This document shows positions 24,814 to 37,691 of a stretch of DNA of 64,000 bases, one piece after another. The notes beneath the pieces were generated by a model that was not told the DNA's origin, ran no database searches, and saw only the letters and a program-made list of their open reading frames with translations. A program made the position numbers and the translations under genes. How positions within the stretch are numbered: the first letter of the stretch is position 1; every line of letters begins with the position of its first letter. The DNA is from Anolis carolinensis (taxonomy: Eukaryota): positions 185,791,971 through 185,855,970 of the forward strand of contig NC_085843.1 in NCBI RefSeq assembly GCF_035594765.1, given 5' to 3'.

Positions 24814-25139
24814 GGTAAAAGTAAAGGTTTCCCCTGACGTTAAGTCCAGTCATGTCCGACTCTGGGGGTTGGTGCTCATCTCCATTTCTAAGCCGAAGAG
24901 CCATTGTCCATAGACACCTCCAAGGTCATATGGCTGGCATGAATTCATGGAGCGCCTGGTTCCAGTCGGAGCGGTACCTATTGATCTACTCACATTTGCA
25001 TGTTTTTAAACTGCTAGGTTGGCAGGAGCTGGAGCTAACAGCAGGCACTCACTCTGCTCCCCAGATTCGAACCTGCGACCTTTCGGTCTGCAAGTTCAGC
25101 AGCTCAGAGCTTTAACACACTTCGCCATCGGGGACTACC
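24814..25139 (-). mobile_element. Sauria-type tRNA-derived SINE
   Basis: Pol III B-box-like GGTTCGAATC head, (TTTACC) tail, 14-bp TSD aatatgaggcaata. Confidence 0.9.
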
Positions 25140-25252
25140 AATATGAGGCAATACCCTATGTGAAAACTGCTGAAAAACCACACTTGCATCTAGAAGCCCT
25201 TTTCTAGCAATCGCTTAAAAAAAACCAAAAGAGTTAAGCAAAATACTATTAC

Positions 25253-25384
25253 CATATCATCCATTTCTTCTTCTTTACTATATCGTGCATAATCTTTTCT
25301 CAGTGTCCTCATTAAAATCATAGAAACCAGGCCCACCAGGAAAATGACCATCATGAAGGAATTGAAGATCGAAAACCAATGAAT
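25253..25384 (-). CDS. TM9SF3: TM9SF3 exon 6 (first TM helix)
   Basis: [44 protein letters not shown], 132 nt. Confidence 0.97.
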
Positions 25385-26500
25385 CTATTAAAAATATGAA
25401 ATGCTGTTAATGTTTATAATTTTTAAAAACTACTCATCAACTGAAATCAAATATTTCTGCCTAAAATGCAGGTTGCGTTCAACCACTTCTTGTAAGAACA
25501 GAGGCTCAGAGACCTCTCCCACTGTGAAGCATTTTAAAGGCACTTTAGAGATACAGCTTTTAGATTAGGTACCAAAATGAAAAATGTTACAGGATTGTCA
25601 TCAAACTACATAACCCTTTCCTGTCCATCTGAAAGGAAATCACAGCCTTACAGGCAAGAGTCGCCTATTCTCCACTTTATGTATTAGACAACTTTACTAA
25701 CAATGACTGCCAACTATAAAGAACAAAAACATAAGAATAAAAAATATAACTAATTGCTTTTTCTCTGAAGTATTTAAAGTGATCTGGGTTTCCTCTCCTA
25801 ACAGAACGTTGTTCTTCCCATTATAATCTGAGAGGCATAATCTAATACCCAAAGTGGCTGTAGAATGTGAATCTAAAATGTTTGTTTTGGACCTGATCAT
25901 CAAACAAATTAGATAATCAGGTTCAATACCTTATTATGGCTTTAGTCTGATAAAATTAACACAAACATTTTGTAATTCTGTAATCAAGTATTGGGATGTG
26001 TAGAATACAACAAACAAATGAATAGACCATATTATAAATTTTATTTTAAATTTCAAAAGTATTTCCATACAGTGAATATATTTTATATTTTAGATAAAAA
26101 TGTGTATTTTCTGATATAAAATCTTCTAAAACTGGATGCACAAATTACTATTCAAAATCTTTGTGGTGGAGAGTACTCTTTAGTATATGAGTTAGATCCT
26201 CTACATATTCAAAATTAACTGTCCACACTGTACAAGACATTTTAAAACAAGTTTAAAAACAACAGATGCAATTGTATCCTTTATGATGGCAGCCATATGA
26301 CAACTTTATTACTATTTATTATAATTCTCTTGACTCTAATTAAGACCTGAAAATGCTGATTGATTTGGATACTACATGTTCATGCTTTAACCATGATTGC
26401 TTAAGATATTTATTACCTGCCCTGGGCTTCTGTAAGAAAAGCTGGGATATAAATCAAAGAAAACATATTAATAACATACACCGAGTAACAAAAAACTTAC

Positions 26501-26578
26501 CCTGTGTTGAAAGAAAGAAGGGTCAAGGTACTTGTCAAATCTATCTTCAAACTTCACATCTGACCTTTTCCATTTCAC
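26501..26578 (-). CDS. TM9SF3: TM9SF3 exon 5
   Basis: [26 protein letters not shown]|GTAAG, 78 nt. Confidence 0.96.
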
Positions 26579-27437
26579 CTAGGAAGAAATTACATTAAAA
26601 AATATATTATTCCATAAACATGGAATATAATCCATACAATATTAAATTTTGAATCTATAGAGTTCCAGTTCAGAATAGATGAGTGCAGACATCACACTAA
26701 AACAGGAACCTTGCCTTGATGTATATAGGCAGTATACTCATACATAATGCTTGATCACACAACAAACCACAGACCATAGTTTGTTTAGCATGAACCTGGC
26801 AGGTGCCATCTCTTTGGTCTGTGTCTTGTTTCTCCATTAAGAGAACAACTTGTGGCTTCTTTTAAGATTAGTTTACTGGTTTGTTGTGGGAGAAACAAGC
26901 CAGAGTATCACCTCCGGTCAGGTCTGCACATAATGTCAAACAAAAGCTGCTTAAATAAAAAGCCAAACTTCTGCAGGATTGCCCAGATTGGAGCCTGAGA
27001 TCCCTTCTTAATTTTGAAAAATTAGCATACATCGACCAAACACAAAAACTACAAGTCACAGGTCTCTTTTTATGGATTTATCCCCTATGCTTTCAACAAC
27101 AAATTGTCATGAAGGGTGCTAATTATCTGTTGTTGCTTTTGCAAGCTAGCATTTTTACATCTTTGTAACACACACACACACACACACACACACAAGTTTT
27201 ACACTGTATATGTAGACTAGCAGCTGAGATGTGGCAACATAGGTTGCTATCTCCCAGTACTCTCTGTTCCTATGTCCAACAATAAAGAACTAATCAGGGA
27301 AAGATTTTTTTAAAAGTAAAAACAGTGAGAATAACATTTCACCTGTTTATTTTCATCCTGTAATTTGCTGTTGAAAACATAGGAGAGGAAGCCATAAAAG
27401 AGGGGAAACTGTTTAGTGAAGAGGCCATGGGTAATAA

Positions 27438-27763
27438 CATAGAGTTTCACTTATCCAACATTCTGGATTATCCAATGCAGTTTGCCTTTTAGTAGTCAAT
27501 GTTTTTGTAGTCAATGTTCTTAATACATTGTGATGTTTTGGTGTAACTTCATAAATACAGTAATTACTACATAATGTTACCGTGTACTGAACTGCGTTTT
27601 TCTGTCAATTTGTTGTAAAACATGATCTTTCGTTGCTTAATTTGTAAAATCATAATGTAATTTGATGTTTAATAGGCTTTTCTTTAATCCCTCCTTATTA
27701 ACCAACATTTTTGCTTATCCAACATTCTACCGGCCCGTTTATGTTGGATAAGTGACTCTACTG
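27438..27763 (+). mobile_element. Tc1/pogo MITE, family A
   Basis: Internal similarity to other copies; left TIR decayed. Confidence 0.85.
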
Positions 27764-29046
27764 TAATAGGATTGTGAAGCGCAAATCTGGAGAAAATTTT
27801 GCAAGGTGCAGCTATAACAGGAAAATCCACACCTAGTGAAATGTTCGGCTTCTATACAACCCTTTGTCAGCTGCAGACCTTGGCTGCCTCCAAAATAAGT
27901 CCAACTTGAAGAACTTAACTGAAAAGTACATTACTATAAGCTATTGTTATCAGAACTCTAGATTGCTCCAAGAATACAATTTATAAACAAGGCATTCCGA
28001 CATTTGCAGCACACACATCTAATTGGTTTAAGGGACACCTTCTGCTACCATTTTTGCAGTACATAGTCTATTAGGCTAAGCATTACATCACCCTTCTATG
28101 TTCTTAGTTCACATAAGAATGGCACTGGGTCCCAGAACATTCCTTTTCTCCAGATGAAGCTCAATCCCTTCTCCTTCAGGTGCTTTGTTATTGCAATAAG
28201 CTGTATCCATCTCTGGCTAACCATTAGTCACAGCTGGTCATTATCTAACTCTACTCTAATTCCCATCTGCTGTAAGGCGACAAAGCGCACAGCTATATGA
28301 AAGGTCTGTTACTTACAATGAAAAGAATGGTTTTACAATATGAATATTAAAATAAGGCGTAGCAACAGGAATACATCAACATCTCCAAGATGGCAAATCC
28401 TGAACATAGAACATATCAGGTCCTAAACATAGGATCCTGGCACCCTTACGAATCTAGCATTCCTTCCAAGGTGTGGATTTAGAAAGCCTAAATGGGCAGG
28501 GAAACCCAACAGACAATGGTGGGCAGAGGAGAGTGCGACAACAAATATTGTAAGTTGATTTCAAAAAGAAATTACAATAATTATTTGGTTATATATTTTA
28601 ATGCTCAAAGTCTAATTTACACAGTTTCTGGAAAAGAATTGAAGGAACGAAGGAATACATTAGTTAGCCCCCAATGCTAGGCTGTAATGGAAACCCTTTT
28701 ACAGTTCTTTGAAGGAACCACAAACCATAACCTGGCCACATAGAGTGCCAAAAAGGTCCCAGAAAACCCAATCCTTAACAGGAAATAGCCAGAAGTTCAT
28801 TACTGGTTTTGATTCCCCCCCCTCCAATATTAAACAGTGCACCATGAGGCAGCAACTTATTTAAAAAGCTAAAGTACTCTTCCTGGGACCTTTCAGAAGA
28901 AACAATTTACTCCCTTTTTTGAACCAGAAAGAATTGCTGTCAGAGTCTGGAGAGGTTTGGGACCACAAAAACACTCATATTCTGCACAACCTGAGGTAAC
29001 TAATCTCCACTTCTACTTTTGACAAAACAACTTTCCAATTACTTAC

Positions 29047-29207
29047 AGAATAAGACATCTGGATTTTGGTGTTGGGAACCAATTTAACTTTCCCTTCACT
29101 AGTAAGATTAACATCCACAATTCTGTTTCCATTGTAACCTATTTCAAGTTTTTTATATGTCCAGAGATAGTAATCTTCACCATTTTCATCAGCTTCACCA
29201 ACAATAC
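29047..29207 (-). CDS. TM9SF3: TM9SF3 exon 4
   Basis: [54 protein letters not shown]|GTAAGT, 161 nt. Confidence 0.96.
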
Positions 29208-31362
29208 CTGCAAAAGGAAGAAAGGGGAGAACACAATGATTTTCAGTGTTCCTTGTGTTATGGTTGTTGTTGTTGTTAATTCATGGTTCAAAGCTATAGC
29301 TTTGTAACCAGGGCTGTCTTCAGTTACACCTAATGAGAGTAAATGGAGACTAAAAAATAAACTCTAAACATGTTTTATAGAAGGAAGGGAGTAGAAGGAT
29401 AATGTGTATTTTATATATCAACAGTTCTATCCCAAGGAAATCCTCATTCTGCATAATGAATCTGAATTATGCAACTTATAACGGAATTAGCACAGTGTAT
29501 TTTGGTTCTGCTACTTACAGTCAATGAACGGAGCTATTCAGAATCCTAAACTACAAAGACTGCTGGATATTCAATTAAGCTTCTCTGTCTTAAGCCAGTG
29601 GTATTTATAAGGAGTTAATCAGTTAATAATTAAATTTGAGTGTCAATTATACATGTCTGTATATATAAAATACAGATTTGTAAATTAAGTCACGATATAA
29701 TATACAAGGGCTAACATTTCCTGCTAAACTGGTCATCCTGCTTAGTATCCTTATGGTAACAAGCCAAAACCAAAACGCCCTTCTGAAAATATCATTAGCT
29801 GTATCACCAATGTAATTTATTTTCACTGATTAAAACTGACCTCTACTAAACTAACTATATCTCCAGATGGTTAATCTACTCAAGCAGGCGGATTAACATA
29901 TTACAACCCTACTTAAACCAAAGCTTTCCTATACCCTCTTCTGTTCTTAAATATATAAAAAAGAAGAAGCAGGGAAGGAATGTAACTGCACTTTTATGAC
30001 CAACTTGTTTGCTGTAAATTTTTCCTCCTTCCTTCCTCCTTTTTAAGATGCTAGAAACTAGCAGCCACTTTTATGAATTTTTTTTCTTAAATGTATCTGA
30101 ACCTTGGCTGAAGAATATTCTATCACCTTTATTTTTTAAAAAAATTGGGAGGGCTAACATCCTTACGTGAACATGAAGGTGGTGACTGACCTCCAAATCC
30201 ACTCTCCTCAATCACAAAACAAAAAGAGGAAAGTAGGACAGGACAAGCTGTTCCTCAGCCTCCTTTACCTTCATGGGAAGAGTGGAAAAATGTGTCACAT
30301 CTACATGACACTCCTGCAATCACACATGCCCCCAGGTTTCCCGTGGCTTGAAAAAACTTAGCAAACGGGTGGCAGGGGTGTACTCATATATTCTAGCGAT
30401 GTTGAATTTGATCACTGACAAGGGAGAGCCTGGGAAGAATTTGTGGCTAATTTTACTGTTTTGAATTAAATATTTTTTGTAAGTAATTCCATCCAAATGC
30501 ACAACCCTACAGTCAAATAGCTCAATGTGAACTAGATTTCTTTTCAAACCTCTCCATATTTATAGCTGCACACAAGTAAGATTTTAGTAAAAGTGCATTC
30601 TGCAGAAAAAGAAACAGCTTGCATAAAATACAGAAAGGGAAATGACAATTCCTCCACACAGATATCCTACAGATCCGGTATATCAAGACTCCAAACACAC
30701 TCACAAGAAAGCTGAACTTCCACACTACAACAAGAGCCATAAAGAGCAATTGCACAACCTATGTAATCTGACAGGGAATACATGAAAGGCTTGCCTTTAA
30801 TACAACCTTCTAAATAACATCTACTCATCCATCCCTATCCTTACCTCAAGACATACCATCACAGTGTGTTTCTTAGAACACCCCAAAAAGACATGCTAAC
30901 TAAAAATCCTCCCTCCTAATGCGTTCCTCAGAGAAGAAGTTGGGAGAAGAGAAATTGCCACCCCCACAGATACACACTTGTATCAGATCCTAAGAAAAGA
31001 AATGCAATAATTCAGAACATAATAATCTTCAATGGAAAATTAAGAAACCCAGTGGATACAATAGTACTGATAACTATGTCTAAAGTCTAGTGGATGGCTA
31101 AGTACAGTATATGAAATCCAGCTTGCAGTTAACCACAGTAAGATTAGCTGGTATCACCCTCACACACAGTATTTATTCATTGTGGCTGCTATCCATTAAA
31201 TAGCAGAAATAGAAAAGATGTTATTTATTCCATGCCTATTCACCCTAAAAGGGGCTCAAAGGAGGAAGACTGAATAGGAGGATGGACCAGAAAGGAAGTG
31301 AAATGAGGAAGGGTAAGATCGAAGAACGGTGCATAATATTTATGGAAGCAAACATTTCTTAC

Positions 31363-31485
31363 CCCATATTGGCAAGTCATCTATGTACATTTGGTACCAA
31401 TAGTGATTTTTGATAGCATAAACAAAAGCATCTCTTGTTGGTTTATCCAAATCTATTTCACAGTACGTGGTCTGCATTACATCAT
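31363..31485 (-). CDS. TM9SF3: TM9SF3 exon 3
   Basis: [45 protein letters not shown] flanks, 123 nt. Confidence 0.96.
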
Positions 31486-32389
31486 CTGTGGAGATCAAAA
31501 CAATGTGTTAACAGTGCTATCAGGAGAGATTCAACTGTTATTTACATCAGTGCTACCATATGCGTTTTATGGAAGGAATCCACTATTTCAATGTGAACCT
31601 TACCTTGACATATGGAGCCTTTTATCCTGTGCTGTTGCCTAGCATCCCTGATTTGTTAAAGACTAAAGCCCACCAACAAGACCTTAAAGCCCACCCACTG
31701 ACAAGATCAAACTCATCACTTTTAAGTATCTGCACCAATGCTTCTCTGGCTATCTGATGGGGGAGACTGTCCATTATTGCTTTCATTGTTCCAGGAACTG
31801 GCACCAAATTTCTGCCCACTGAGTGTCATTCTTCTCTTCTTGAATGCTACTGATGTGCATTAAATAACCAATTCAATTTCTTCAAAGGCACATTCCAACA
31901 AAATCACCAGTCACTTAGGACTGAGGGACCTTTGTCTTAAAAACATTCAGGTGTTGTAACTATTTATATAACCCAAAACAGAAGCTATGTGCGGTGCTCA
32001 TAAATATGCTGCAAATAGATGGGGATTATCATAGAACAATTGGAAGAATCTGCAATTTGATAGTCCTTTACAGTCCATTACATGTGAATCAAATTGGCCT
32101 TTATCGCAGTATATCAGGATTTGTAGATATGGGTCCCAATTAATTAATTTTCTTGGCGACATTAATTTAAGTCCAACTTTTTAGAGCTGAGTTGTTGAAT
32201 TATTGGGAGATTCGCAATTAACATTTCTGCAAGTTCCAATATGCAGCTACACAAATTGAACTCCCATGTCCTAATCGGATTTCCATGTCCTAAATGTTTT
32301 CCTTCACCTTAAAGGGGGCGTGAATTTGACTGGGCCAGGAGAAATGGCTTCACTTGGTCAGGGTATGGGAATTTAGAGGAGACTGGAAT

Positions 32390-33560
32390 GTCTTCTTTTT
32401 TTCTTTTTAATTTTTTTATTAATTTATCAATCAAAATGTATAAGTTTACATTTTCCTCATTTTACAATATCTTAAACATATCATGTTGTATACAATCCGA
32501 CAGTAAAAAAAAATCAAGAACATCTTTAAGCATATTTCTTATCAGTTTTTTAACTTTTCCATTACAACTTTACTACATATCTCTCTACTACACACCTTTT
32601 ATCTACTTATGTTTTATTATTAATATTATTATTAATTTATAATTCAAAATGTATAAGTATACATTCTTTCCTCATTTTACAGTATCTTAAACATATATTG
32701 TATACAAACCAACAATAAAAATAAAAACATCCTTAAGCATATTTCTTATCAGTTTTAGACTTTTCTATTACAATTTTACTACATATCTCTCTACTACTAC
32801 TACTTTTATCTACTTATACATGTTTTATTTATCATTATTGTTGTTGTTATTATTGTTATACCTTTTCCCCCTCTTCCCTTCCCTTTATTTTGTGCCACCT
32901 TCACTAGGACCAAGCAACTCATACTGTTTCACAAGTCCAAAATTTCATTGTCTCTGTTACTGGCTTATACCCCTTTTCCCTCATTACAAATATACTCAAT
33001 AAATTTTCTCCATATTTTCCAAAAATCTGTTGTTTCGATATTCCCTTTTTAATTTTAAAATTGCAAGTCAGCTTATCATTAATTGCTATGTTCCAAATTT
33101 CCCTGTACCATTCTTCTAATTGGATTTCCTTTTTTCTTTCCAGTTTTTTGCTATTAGCAAGTTTGCTAATCAAATTAGAAACCAATTCTTTCTCCTCTTG
33201 TGAGAGGATATTGTCATGCATAAGTAAGAATGCTGATTTAGGTGTATTCATTATCTCTATTTTTATTATTGCTCTTATTTCTTTAAATATCATTTCCCAA
33301 AATGATTGTATAATTTTACATGACCACCACATATAAAGAGCTATGACCCTATTTCCTGACAGCCTCTCCAGCACTGATTTGTGTATTTTTATCTTATGGA
33401 CATATTTTTTAATAATCTCATATTCCATATCCTTCCCCATTCTTGATTATTCAATTTCCCCCCAAATCTACTTCTAAAATCATACTTTTCTAATAGTTAC
33501 CAACCACATTTACACCTAACATAAAACAATTTTTGCATTACTCATATTTTGAAATATCCA
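32390..33560 (-). mobile_element. L1-clade LINE 3' fragment (ORF2 C-terminus + 3' UTR)
   Basis: ORF 32919-33440 YMWWSCKIIQSFWEMIFKEI resembles the L1 C-terminal Cys-rich region; A-rich tail; 3' UTR tandemly duplicated. Confidence 0.7.
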
Positions 33561-34439
33561 TGTAAACAATGCATAGTGACTGCCATAGGTCCAATAATGT
33601 CTACATTCTATCAGTTCTATACAACCTGATAGCCTGGACTCCATCTAGCACTATTAAGATAGGCAGACCTAGGCTTTCTGCTGTTTCTCGGAGTAGACAT
33701 GATAAAAAGACTATCAGCAGAGTTGTAAGAACACATTTTGTCTTATACGTCATATGATGGCTATAGCCTAGGCATTTTTTAAAAATGTTAGCTGGTAATC
33801 TGAAAATCATGGTTCAGTGGGTAATAGCCACTGTCCCATTCCCATTCTTATGATTTTCATATCATTATGCCAATAGCCACGGGTTAAACCCTTGTGCCGG
33901 CAGGACTGCTGACTGACAGGTTGGCGGTTTGAATCTGGGGAGAGCAGGTGAGTTCCCTCTGTCACCTCCAGCTCCCCATGTACTGTAAGTTTGGAATTCA
34001 ATGCACAAAGTACACCAATTCAGACAAATCGCATTACAAGCCAGTAATTTATTTCCTACAAGGTAACTCTTTTTGTATATTTTTAACTTGTTTGTACAGT
34101 ACCAATAGAGGCAACCTTTTCAGTGACTATACTAGCTAGGGTGCAACATTGATGCTTCTGTTCTTCCAACAAGATCATTTTCTGATGCATTCAGAGCAGA
34201 TACACTTGCATAAAAAACCTTCAAAAATCACTAAGAGCTTTTCATACCACCAAAATTTACCTTCAATTCTATCTACTGCAGCAGAATAAGGTATTCTATG
34301 ATGGCTTCAGAAAAGAAACTATACTATGAATTTTCATAGACCTATTCTAGTAAATGTAAGTGGAGATTTGCTATACAGTAAGTTAACTTTCAGCAAACCA
34401 GTGACATAACTGGAATTTTTTCTTTTCATTTTATGTCTC

Positions 34440-34567
34440 CTTCTCTGGAGATTTTTAAGCAGATGCTGGATGGGATGGCTTTGATTGTGTGTTCCTGTAT
34501 AGCAAGGGGTTGGACTGGATTGCCTTTCTGGCCTTTTCCAACTCTTAATCCTATTATTCTATGATTC
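34440..34567 (+). mobile_element. CR1 3' end
   Basis: GGGGTTGGACTGGAT...TTCCAACTCT...ATTCTATGATTC terminal motif. Confidence 0.75.
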
Positions 34568-35080
34568 CTGCTTCCCTTTCCCCACTAATAGTTTGCAGCT
34601 GCCTTTTTCGAATGACTTCCAATGCTTTGCACCTCTCTTTTCTGAATGAATGAAGAGAGAGGGATGAGGGAACCTATGTCCCATCAGAAATTGCACCTCA
34701 AGTACTCTGAAGTGGTCCCCAAAGTCTTCTCTCCTAATGAGTAAGATGTGATGGATATGTTTACGTGTTTGGCTATGCAAACATGTGCACAGAAGGACTT
34801 GTGACACTGAAAACTACCAGTACCTGCTCCTTAATGCCTGCAGTACTTCAGTCAGCAGAGAGCTTTACCTTCCCATTGCCAATTAACAGCCATCTGGGTC
34901 AAGGAAGTAGAACATCTGCTGGATTGTGGGCTTTCTGTTTTTTCAATTTAGCTTTTACTATGCACCTTGGAAATTCAATGGCTAGCTGGAGGGGAGTAAG
35001 CATGGTGTTAACAGGCAAGGGGATGGAAAAAGTATTATGCTTATAACAAACATAAAATCTAGATCATTTTGGGTTCTTTT

Positions 35081-35342
35081 TGTGTGTGTGTGTGTCAGGA
35101 GCGACTTTGAGAAACTGCAAGTCGCTTCTGGTGTGAGAGAATTGGCCGTCTGCAAGGACGTTGCCCAGGGGACATCTGGATGTTTGATGTTTTACCATCC
35201 TTCTGGGAGGCTTCTCTCATGTCCCCACACCGGGAGCTGGAGCTGACAGAAGGAGCTCACCTGCTCTCCCCAGATTCGAACCGACAACCTTCAGGTCAGC
35301 AACCCAACCTTCAGGTCAGCAGTCCTGCCGGCACAAGGGGCT
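35081..35342 (-). mobile_element. Second tRNA-derived SINE family (fragments also at 33880-33985 + and 35885-35980 -)
   Basis: GGTTCGAATCTGGGGAGAGC B-box-like head; shared body TTGCAGACGGCCAATTCTCTCACACCAGAAGCGACTTGCAG; (CA)n tail. Confidence 0.8.
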
Positions 35343-36566
35343 CTGATCATTTCGGTATAAAACATCTAATTAAAATCACAAGTTGAAGTTGTCACTTTAT
35401 ACTGAATTTCACATTTTATGAAACTTTATAAAATTTAAAATTTAGCACAGGGTTCTAAAAATGTATAAACTGCATGTATGACTTGTGGCTGATGTTTGGG
35501 AGTGTTCCATGTATCTTGTACAGCCTAGATATAGATTTATTCAAAATAAAATAGTTTCATTTATAATATAATGACATCTAAGGAGACTAATACAACTTGT
35601 ATTATTTGGCGCTACATGGGGACACTAGAAACAGATAATTCTGAGATAAATAACCCCAACACATTTGCAGAAACCACGAACGGTAACAATGATATGTAAG
35701 GAAGAAAATTCATGCTTTCTTCTTGTCATGATCAGATCACTTTTCATGAAAACTTAGACTCTTGGTGATCTTTTGGTTTTTTTTATCTGTTAAGATGATC
35801 TACCCTAAGTTTTGCCTGCTGGTATTTTTTAGGTTCCACTCAAAGCTGTGATCACTCTGATGAATACAAAGATTACTTTTTCTATGTCAGGAGTGACTTG
35901 AGAAACTGCAAGTCGCTTCTGGTGTGAGAGAATTGGCCATCTGCAAGGACGTTGCCCAGGGTACACCTGGATGTTTTACTATCAGATATGACCACTAATT
36001 CATCCAATCATGCCAAAGCAAGTTCTGCCTTTGTGCAGAGCCTGGATAAATTTCAATGCTTTTTATTTTCTATTTCTATATTATTTATTTCAATGAGTGT
36101 GGATAATTTCCTTTTTGGTTCTAGTTGGTAGGGATTGTGACAAGTTGGTAGGAATATTAAAGTTATTTCTGGAGCAAATTATTTTATTTGTTTCTTATTT
36201 TAGTGTCTATCCTTTATTCTTTTTATTTTTAATTTGTTGTGAAATACAATTTTTAAAAATGCCAGTCAGGTTTAATCAATTTTAAGCTTAATGCTAGTTT
36301 AAGCTTTTACTAAAGTAAAAGCAGATTCAGGAGAATTAATATATGAAGGACAGGAGTATGAGACATCGTGGCCTGCTCCTGAAACCTAGGCCATAACTAA
36401 ATAGTCACAGAAACTAATACTACAGGAAGAAAAGTGGCCAATACATAATTGTGGTTTTGTAGGTAAACTTGACTATAAGAATATGATTATAAAGGAACGT
36501 TTTAGGACAGGAAAAATAATTTACGATGCTATAAACTTTGGCAAAAGCACTTTGTTGATTTTTTAC

Positions 36567-36762
36567 CTTTAAATTTAATGTCCAGACCACTGAACTCTAG
36601 TTCAACTCCTTGAAGTGCCTCTCCCAGTGTTTCATGATAGTGACCAATGCTTTTTTTTGATCCACCACAGAAGGGGAGAGAGAAGTATTTGTATGTCTCC
36701 TGGCGATTGTGATATGGTCCTACAGTATTCATCCATAAAACAACTTCTTCTTTATCTTGGTA
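36567..36762 (-). CDS. TM9SF3: TM9SF3 exon 2
   Basis: CAG|[32 protein letters not shown]...SGLDIKFK|GTAAAA, 196 nt. Confidence 0.97.
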
Positions 36763-37177
36763 CTGAAAAAAACACAATGAAAAATAAAAGAATTATAAAT
36801 AAGTACATTCCTTAAAGTGGAAGAGATACTCATAGGGAAATAAAGGGAAAATGTTTTAAATGTTAGAAATGTAAACAGAATGAAAATAAATCTGCCTGCA
36901 TTACATCCATCTTCTGCTAGTAGCACACTGTTTTGACAAAATTGCATTGGTCAGGGTAGCAATGTGGTGACATGCAGATGTTTTACACTGAAACTCCACC
37001 AGCCTTAGCAAGCATGGCCAATGGTCAGGAATATAATGGATAGGTCATTTACTCTTTGTACGCTACAGGGCTGCTAGTCTCCTTATTCCCGGCCAACAGA
37101 GCCAATGTGTGGCCAACATCTAGAGATCCATATATTGCCCATTTCAAAAGATACTGAGTAGCTTACCCTAACATATA

Positions 37178-37691
37178 CAGGTTGAGGAGTGTTTATCCAA
37201 AAAGCTTGGGACCAGAAGTGTTTTGGATTTCAGATTTTGGATAAGGGACCCAAGTTAAAGTTCCTTATGCCCCTTATACATACAGCATGACAGTCATTTT
37301 ATACACAATATTTAAAATAATTTTGTATCTGAAATCATGTTTACATACATCAAATCATAAGAAAGCAAAGTGTCAATATCTAATCCATACACATATGGCT
37401 CGGGCTGTGGCGCAGGCTGGAGAGCAAGCCAGTTGCAACCAGCTGCAATGAATCACTCTGACCAGGAGGTCATGAGTTCGAGGCCCGCTCGGAGCCTATG
37501 TTTGTCTTGTCTTTGTTCTATGTTAAAAGGCATTGAATGTTTGCCTATATGTGTAATGTGATCCGCCCTGAGTCCCCTTCGGGGTGAGAAGGTCGGAATA
37601 TAAATGCTGTAAATAAGTAAATAAATATAGATAATTTTGGATGTTGGAATATGTTGTCCTTTTGAATTTAGGATAAGGGATGCTCAACCTG
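37178..37691. mobile_element. Tigger-like MITE hosting a SINE
   Basis: TIR CAGGTTGAG/CTCAACCTG, TA TSD. Confidence 0.75.
37397..37626 (+). mobile_element. tRNA-derived SINE with LINE-like tail
   Basis: A box TGGCGCAGGCTGG, B box GAGTTCGAGGCC, tail CCGCCCTGAGTCCCCTTCGGGGTGAGAAGG + (TAAA)n. Confidence 0.85.

Noticed and set aside
37397-37500. tRNA gene
   Set aside because: A/B boxes are present but spacing is extended and it runs into a SINE body and LINE-like tail.
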